A stretch of 64,000 bases of DNA from Macrostomum lignano (taxonomy: Eukaryota). The notes under the pieces are model-generated. The model saw only the letters and a list, made by a program, of their open reading frames with translations. It did no database searches and was not told the DNA's origin. A program made the position numbers and the translations under genes. Within the stretch, counting starts at the first letter, position 1. Every line of letters begins with the position of its first letter. The DNA lies in the NCBI GenBank assembly GCA_002269645.1, contig NIVC01000110.1, positions 1-64,000 of the forward strand, given 5' to 3'. Positions 57,845 through 64,000 of this stretch are shown one piece after another.

Positions 57845-59361
57845 TGCAGATCGGATGTTGCAGCCGCCAGGAGTTCCTCCTCCTCCTCGGCGCTCACCGG
57901 CTTCGGGTCGGGGTCACCGGTGTCCATGGGCTCTTCTTCAGCAAAAGGCCCCCGATTGGCTGGAAGGCAGTAGGCAGCGTTCGCCGCCCTTTGCCCACCA
58001 TCCATGGGGTCCTCCGCCTCAGATTGGCCCAATGCCCTGGAGCAGCCAGCCGCCTGGGCAGGCGGGTCCGTCTCCAGTCGGCCCTGCCCCGAGGGGTTGG
58101 GCCCAGCTGGGACGTCCCCACCCTCCCTGGACGAACTGGTGCGCCTAGGCGTCCCGGCGACCTCTCGCCTCAGCTGGGCGATTTTGGCGGTACGGACTGC
58201 CTCAGCTGCACGCTGGTACAGGCCGCGCCGCTTGGTGCTGCGCGCCGGGCGTCGGTCGCCTCCGCCCTCAGCAGCGCGTTCAGCTTTGCCCGCGTGGCCG
58301 TGCTGCCGGGCAGGGCGGTTTGCTTTGGCAGTCTGAGCAGAGGCTTGCGCCTCGGCCCCGGCCGCCTCCGCATCCCGCCCGCCCTGCTCACTGCCACGGG
58401 GAGGGTCGGCCTCGTAAGAGCGGATGCGCAGCTTCCAAAGGCCGACGTTGATGAAGCTGCCGTGTGGATAACGCCTCATCCAGGCGTCCGACAGCCCCAG
58501 GATGGCTGTGAAGCCAGTGCCGTCGGTGCGCTTAAGGGTGTCATGCACCACAAGGCCCGCGGCGGGAAGCTCTCGGTTGACTGCTAGCAGTCCTTTCCGG
58601 AGCTCGTCAGCAGAGGTAACAACGCTCCTGGCCGGGACCCAGATTCGATGCCTCTTGGTCCGGGGGCGCTCGTCCTCTCTGCAGAAGGCTAGGTTGAGGT
58701 CCCAGCTCTGCTCGGGCAGCAGCTCAAGGAGCCGCCGACCCGAGTCAGCATCACTGGGCCAAATGAGAAGGCACGAGTCCCTCGTCGCATTCGAATGAAT
58801 GTTCAGAGGCGTGCCCTTCAGAGTTTGCTTCCACAGGAGGCCATCAACGGCACTTCTCACCTGCTTCAGCTGATCGGGAGACAGGCGCGCGTCCTTTCCC
58901 AGGATGACAACCGCCGGTTGCCTCTTTGCCGCATCAGCGTAGGAGGCCCGGGGGTCAGTGGAGCTTTCTTCAGGTGGGCTGTCCACCCTCCCGGCTGCAT
59001 CGGCCTCCCTATCCTGGGCAGGGGCTTCCGTGGGCTCGAGGCCCTCTTCCGCCACCGCCCCAGACTGGGAAGCTTCCGCTGCCGCGGGCCGTTGGCCCCT
59101 GGCACCGGTTTGGCTTCCGCCCTCCTTGGCCCGCCTCGCCTTGTTAAGTCGACGGCGGGCAGCTCCAGAGGTGGTGCTGCGTTGCTTAGCAGCTGGAGTA
59201 GCAGGTGTCTTCTCGGAGGCACCGCTCAGAGTTGGCTCCACGGGTCTCGCCGAGGCGTCCCCGATGGTAGCAGGTGGTATGGCCGAGGAGTCCACGGCCC
59301 CAGCCGAGGCCGGAGGCACTGTGTCATCCACAGCCGGTTTGTTACTTCGGTTAGAAGCCAT
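57841..59361 (-). CDS. LINE ORF1 (DUF4780-like C-terminal region, long disordered flanks)
   Basis: Intact ORF from ATG 59361 (MASNRSNKP...). The segment ELRKGLLAVNREL...INVGLWKLRIR resembles LOA-clade ORF1 proteins. Confidence 0.85.
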   Translation of the reverse strand: MASNRSNKPAVDDTVPPASAGAVDSSAIPPATIGDASARPVEPTLSGASEKTPATPAAKQRSTTSGAARRRLNKARRAKEGGSQTGARGQRPAAAEASQSGAVAEEGLEPTEAPAQDREADAAGRVDSPPEESSTDPRASYADAAKRQPAVVILGKDARLSPDQLKQVRSAVDGLLWKQTLKGTPLNIHSNATRDSCLLIWPSDADSGRRLLELLPEQSWDLNLAFCREDERPRTKRHRIWVPARSVVTSADELRKGLLAVNRELPAAGLVVHDTLKRTDGTGFTAILGLSDAWMRRYPHGSFINVGLWKLRIRSYEADPPRGSEQGGRDAEAAGAEAQASAQTAKANRPARQHGHAGKAERAAEGGGDRRPARSTKRRGLYQRAAEAVRTAKIAQLRREVAGTPRRTSSSREGGDVPAGPNPSGQGRLETDPPAQAAGCSRALGQSEAEDPMDGGQRAANAAYCLPANRGPFAEEEPMDTGDPDPKPVSAEEEEELLAAATSDLQ

Positions 59362-60243
59362 TGGCTGGAAGTAAAAAGGTGGGACTTCCTGCAGAACACA
59401 GGCAAAGAGCCGCAAGGCCGCAACCCCAAACCAAGCGGCAGGCCCCCAAAAAGCAAAATACCACCCTGCGGGGGGACCCAAAAGCGCAAGGGGAACCGTT
59501 AGCGACCAGACTACTCCCTGGCCAAGCGTCCATCAGCACGGAGTTACACTGGGACATTAGAGGGTGCGTTTATGGTCACACCAGGACTCGGCGCCAACGA
59601 ATCAGCTCGGCAGGGCCCAAAGGGGCCTGCCTTAACACCCACGGGACGAGTACCCTTCGAAGTGCGCCTTGCAAGGTGAAAATCAGGAGACAGAGTCTCT
59701 TGAGCTATCGGCCCGCCAGGGGAGGCAGGTGTGAGCATCGCTGGCTGGGATAAAGGCCATACCAGTCTCATACTGCACAGATAGTTCACCACGCCATTAC
59801 GTGCAGGACCCGGGGTCCTGGGGGCAACAGCCCCGGCGAAAAAAATATCCAGTTATCTAGAAAACTATTTTGCATATTTATTTGATTTTCATTGTACATA
59901 AATTTAGCTGTGTTTTAGTTTTAAAACTTTTCTTATTGAAAAATTATGGTCTTTTGAATGAACTGCAATATGCATTAGAAGTTTTATTTAAAACTTTTAT
60001 TTTTCAGCTCTTAATATGAACCTGCAATAATCAGTTATGAAACAAAAACTAAATAATTGTAAAATTGTCTGACAGACTTGAAGTTTTAGAAAGCCAATAA
60101 AGTTTTATGATTTTATTTGTTTTATTTTGTAATTTTGCTAGACGTATTTTTAGTTAATTGTTTTTCATATATTTATTTTTTCACATTTTAGCTGCTTACT
60201 TAACCAAAAAACTAGTTTAAAGTGCATAATATTCCTTAAATAA

Positions 60244-63200
60244 TTGCTGTCAACTCGTCGCCTTGGCAACCTGCTGCTGGTTTGGTCAGGCGGCCTGGCC
60301 ATCGGCACAGCCGCTGCTGCTTTCAGTGGCAGCGAGACATTTTATCGGGATGTTGCCATGCCATCTGTTCACCGCTTGCTGGACCCGGAGACTGCTCACC
60401 GCTTGGCTATCTGGGGTCTGGCCCGGGCTCCATCCTGGCTTCTGACCAGGTAGCATATTCTGGGTGACTGACTGGTTTATAAGAGGCCGGCCAGAGCCTC
60501 CCTGCCCGATCCTCAGTTGCTGGGCCAGCCTCCCAGATCCTCAGTTGCTGGGCCAGCCTCCCAGATCCTCAGTTGCTGGGCCAGCCTCCCAGATCCCCAG
60601 TTGCTGGGCCAGCCTCCCAGATCCCCAGTTGCTGGGCCAGCCTGCCAGATCCCCAGTTGCTGCTCCAGCCTCCCAGATCCTCAGTTGCTGGGCCAGCCTC
60701 CCAGATCCTCAGTTGCTGGGCCAGCCTCCCAGATCCTCAGTTGCTGGGCCAGCCTCCCAGATCCCCAGTTGCTGCTCCAGCCTCCCAGATCCTCACTTGC
60801 TGGGCCAGCCTCCCAGATCCTTAGTTGCTGGGCCAGCCTCCCAGATCCTCAGTTGCTGGGCCAGCCTCCCAGATCCTCAGTTGCTGGGCCAGCCTCCCAG
60901 ATCCTCAGTTGCTGGGCCAGCCTCCCAGATCCTCAGTTGCTGGGCCAGCCTCCCAGATCCCCAGTTGCTGGGCCAGCCTCCCAGATCCTCAGTTGCTGGG
61001 CCAGCCTCCCAGATCCTTAGTCGCTGGGCCAGCCTCCCAGATCCTCAGTTGCTGGGCCAGCCTCCCAGATCCTCAGTTGCTGGGCCAGCCTCCCAGATCC
61101 TCAGTTGCTGGGCCAGCCTCCCTGATCCTCTGTTGCTAGGCCAGCCTCCCAGATCCTCAGTTGCTGGGCCAGCCTCCCAGATCCCCAGTTGCTGCTCCAG
61201 CCTCCCAGATCCTTAGTCGCTGGGCCAGCCTCCCAGATCCTCAGTTGCTGGGCCAGCCTCCCAGATCCCCAGTTGCTGGGCCAGCCTCCCAGATCCCCAG
61301 TTGCTGGGCCAGCCTCCCAGATCCCCAGTTTCTGGGCCAGCCTCCCAGATCCCCAGTTGCTGGACCAGCCTCCCAGATCCCCAGTTGCTGGGCCAGCCTC
61401 CCAGATTTTCAGTTGCTGGGCCAGCCTCCCAGTTTTTCAGTTGCTGGGCCAGCCTCCCAGTTCCCCAGTTGCTGGGCCAGCCTCCTAGAGTGTCAGTAAC
61501 TGGGCCAGCCTCCCAGATCCTCAGTTGCTGGGCCAGCCTCCCAGATCCTCAGTTGCTGGGCCAGCCTCCCAGATCCCCAGTTGCTGCTCCAGCCTCCCAG
61601 ATCCTCAGTTGCTGGGCCAGCCTCCCAGATCCTCAGTTGCTGGGCCAGCCTCCCAGATCCCCAGTTGCTGGGCCAGCCTCCCAGATCCTCAGTTGCTGGG
61701 CCAGCCTCCCAGATCCTCAGTTGCTGGGCCAGCCTCCCAGATCCTTAGTCGCTGGGCCAGCCTCCCAGATCCTCAGTTGCTGGGCCAGCCTCCCAGATCC
61801 TCAGTTGCTGGGCCAGCCTCCCAGATCCTCAGTTGCTGGGCCAGCCTCCCAGATCCTCAGTTGCTAGGCCAGCCTCCCAGATCCTCAGTTGCTGGGCCAG
61901 CCTCCCAGATCCCCAGTTGCTGCTCCAGCCTCCCAGATCCTTAGTCGCTGGGCCAGCCTCCCAGATCCTCAGTTGCTGGGCCAGCCTCCCAGATCCCCAG
62001 TTGCTGGGCCAGCCTCCCAGATCCCCAGTTGCTGGGCCAGCCTCCCAGATCCCCAGTTTCTGGGCCAGCCTCCCAGATCCCCAGTTGCTGGACCAGCCTC
62101 CCAGATCCCCAGTTGCTGGGCCAGCCTCCCAGATTTTCAGTTGCTGGGCCAGCCTCCCAGTTTTTCAGTTGCTGGGCCAGCCTCCCAGTTCCCCAGTTGC
62201 TGGGCCAGCCTCCTAGAGTGTCAGTAACTGGGCCAGCCTCCCAGATCCTCAGTTGCTGGGCCAGCCTCCCAAATCCTCAGGTACTGTGTTGAGTCTTGGA
62301 AGATTCTCATTCAACCAACAGGAACTTATTCCCAAAACCTCCTCACTCTACAGCACAGCAACCCAGGCGGCTCCCCAGCTGTCAATCAAAGCCTTCAACC
62401 GCGACTTCCCGCACCCCGTGGGCCTGGCTGCCGGATTCGACAAGGACGCCCAGGCCGTGGACAGCCTGTTCCGGCTCGGCTTTAGTTTCGTTGAAGTTGG
62501 CAGCGTGACGCCTCTGCCGCAGCCTGGCAACCCTAAGCCGAGGGTGTTCCGGCTGTCGGCAGACTCCGCCATCATCAATCGCTACGGATTCAACAGCTGC
62601 GGCCACGAGCAGGCTCTGGTTAACCTGCGCTCAGCGTCAGCTAGCGGTTGGGTTGGAGTGAATCTTGGCGCCAATAAAAGCAGCTCAGACCCGGCTGGTG
62701 ACTACGCGTTGGGAGCCCGCAAGTTTGCTTCCACAGCAGACTATCTGGTCATAAACGTGAGCAGTCCCAACACTCCCGGCGTGCGTGATCTTCAGCGGCG
62801 TCAGAAATTGCAAAACCTTCTGGCCGGTGTGCTGGCTGCCGCAGATGAGGCTGTCAAGCTGGATGGCTGGAAAGGCAAGCGGGGAGTCGGTAGGCCGCCC
62901 GTACTATTGAAGGTCAGTTTTGAAGTTAATTCTATAAACAGTATTTAGCATTAACTCCATGCGTATCTGTCAATTCAATCTATCAATATAGTCTGAAGAC
63001 TGCATGTCACAGATGGGGGGGGGCATTGGGAGTTTTCTGCTGGCTGTTACAGTTGCAAAAATGCAGACTCTATGAATAGTGTTCTGCAGATGGTGCTGAA
63101 TGCATCTGTGGCGCTCAGTGCCCATCTATTTGATCCCGCCTTCTTGACTGCTTTCTCTCCTTTGTCCCTCTCTTTCTCCTCTCTCCCCTCTCCCCTCTCT

Positions 63201-63812
63201 CCTCTCTCCCCTCTTCTCTCCTCTCTATTCTCTCCCCTCTCCTCTCCTTTCTTTCCTCTCCGCTCCCCTCTTCTCTCCTTTCTCCTCTCCTAGCATACAT
63301 ATAGCATAATGCTACATGCATTCCTAGTTACCATGGCAACCCCGCCTCCGCTGTCTCCGCAGATCTCGCCAGACTGCTCAGACCAAGAGTTAGCAGACAT
63401 TTGCGCCGTGGCCGAATCAGTTGGAGCAGACGGTCTGATCATCTCCAATACTACGGTTTCTCGACCATCCAGCCTCTCGGCTTCATCAGATCTGACAGGT
63501 CAAGCTGGCGGCCTGAGCGGTCAGCCATTGGCTGTCCTGGCTAATCGAGCCATCAGCTCAGCTTACCGGCTCACTGGAGGCCGAATGCCAATCATTGGAG
63601 TTGGCGGCTTGTGCAGCGGAGCCGACGCACTGGAGAAGCTGGAGTCCGGAGCCTGCCTGCTGCAGCTGTACACCGCACTGGTCTATGAAGGCCCACCCGT
63701 GGTGAACAGGATCAACCGGGAGCTGGAGGCACTGCTGAAGGCTAAGGGCTATCGCAGTGTTGCGGATGCTGTGGGTGCGAAGCACCGAGCTGAGAAATGC
63801 TCTGGTAGGTGA
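60244..63812 (+). CDS. DHODH: Dihydroorotate dehydrogenase (quinone), mitochondrial, class 2
   Basis: Exon ~60244-60449 (TM, LLDPETAHRLAI), exon 62354-62912 (PVGLAAGFDK, VEVGSVTP.PQPGNPKPRVFRL, INRYGFNS, NVSSPNTPG), exon 63363-63812 (ISPD, SNTT, GGLSG, IIGVGG, QLYTAL). Phases 2 and 0 are consistent. The start codon is unresolved. Confidence 0.96.
60488..62281. repeat. 28-bp minisatellite (CCAGATCCTCAGTTGCTGGGCCAGCCTC)n in the DHODH intron, with a 728-bp higher-order duplication
   Basis: Period of 28; the diagnostic variant block at about 61400-61505 recurs at about 62128-62233 (26 x 28). Confidence 0.98.
63165..63292. repeat. Polypyrimidine (CT-rich) low-complexity tract in the DHODH intron
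   Basis: Direct observation. Confidence 0.9.
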
Positions 63813-64000
63813 TGAGGCAATGTTCGGCTGTTGCGGTGGCCGGTTCGGCTCGTCTTTGACTGCCTCTGCCTCTTAATCCTCGCGTCACCTTGCTCTCTCT
63901 CTCTCAAATTCACTGTTATACTCATATCCCACAGGACCCTGTTAACGGTGACACTCATTTAATTCTATAAGATCTCTCTCCTTGTCTCTTCCCTCTCCCC

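Larger units (their letters stand above)
54034..59837 (-). mobile_element. Full-length non-LTR retrotransposon (LOA/Lian-like: ORF1, APE-RT-RNaseH-CCHC)
   Basis: 18-bp TSD GAAAAAAATATCCAGTTA at 54016-54033 and 59838-59855; (TAAGT)n 3' tail; domain order and motifs (CLQINTQH, GDVNAH, SDH, FDNV, GPQGG, YADD, YTDGS, WIPGH, CPFC..EHFICHC). Confidence 0.95.

Noticed and set aside
59700-59837. Complete HDV-like ribozyme in the LINE 5' UTR
   Set aside because: A P1/P1.1-like pairing exists, but no compatible P3-L3 could be built by hand. It is kept only as a low-interest structural lead.
60464-62292. Many overlapping Pro-rich ORFs
   Set aside because: They come from a 28-bp minisatellite in the DHODH intron; the flanking exons join in phase without it.

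Overview
This is eukaryotic, intron-rich and repeat-rich animal DNA. The gene set and minisatellite load suggest a flatworm such as Macrostomum, but that is inference. Host genes: a 15-exon receptor tyrosine phosphatase (Ig-FN3-TM-D1-D2, PTP99A/R5-like, 959-14857 +); six short genes for predicted secreted peptides, of which five have a signal-peptide exon placing Cys at +1 and four form a tandem Pro/Lys-rich family at 23.6-31.4 kb (-); an intronless 734-aa orphan; an intronless DEG/ENaC channel; and a 3-exon class-2 DHODH with no in-frame ATG at its N-terminus. Mobile DNA: an intact tyrosine-recombinase (Ngaro/DIRS) retrotransposon enclosed by P-type TIRs and an 8-bp TSD; a full-length LOA-like LINE with an 18-bp TSD; a 2.2-kb solo LTR; Tc1, hAT and P MITEs; tRNA-derived SINEs; two decayed LINEs; and many minisatellites. 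Best leads: (1) the YR retrotransposon, which has a canonical A_AAA_AAC slippery site plus a three-stem pseudoknot at the gag/pol junction, candidate splice sites fusing its SAP domain to the recombinase, and a DNA-transposon wrapper with a 224-bp direct repeat; (2) the Cys+1 secreted peptide family, candidate HHAT-type lipopeptides undergoing birth-and-death, one of which has its splice acceptor amplified into a minisatellite; (3) a sharply bounded CpG-depleted, TAGGCCTA-rich domain upstream of DHODH. All coordinates and alignments were done by eye.
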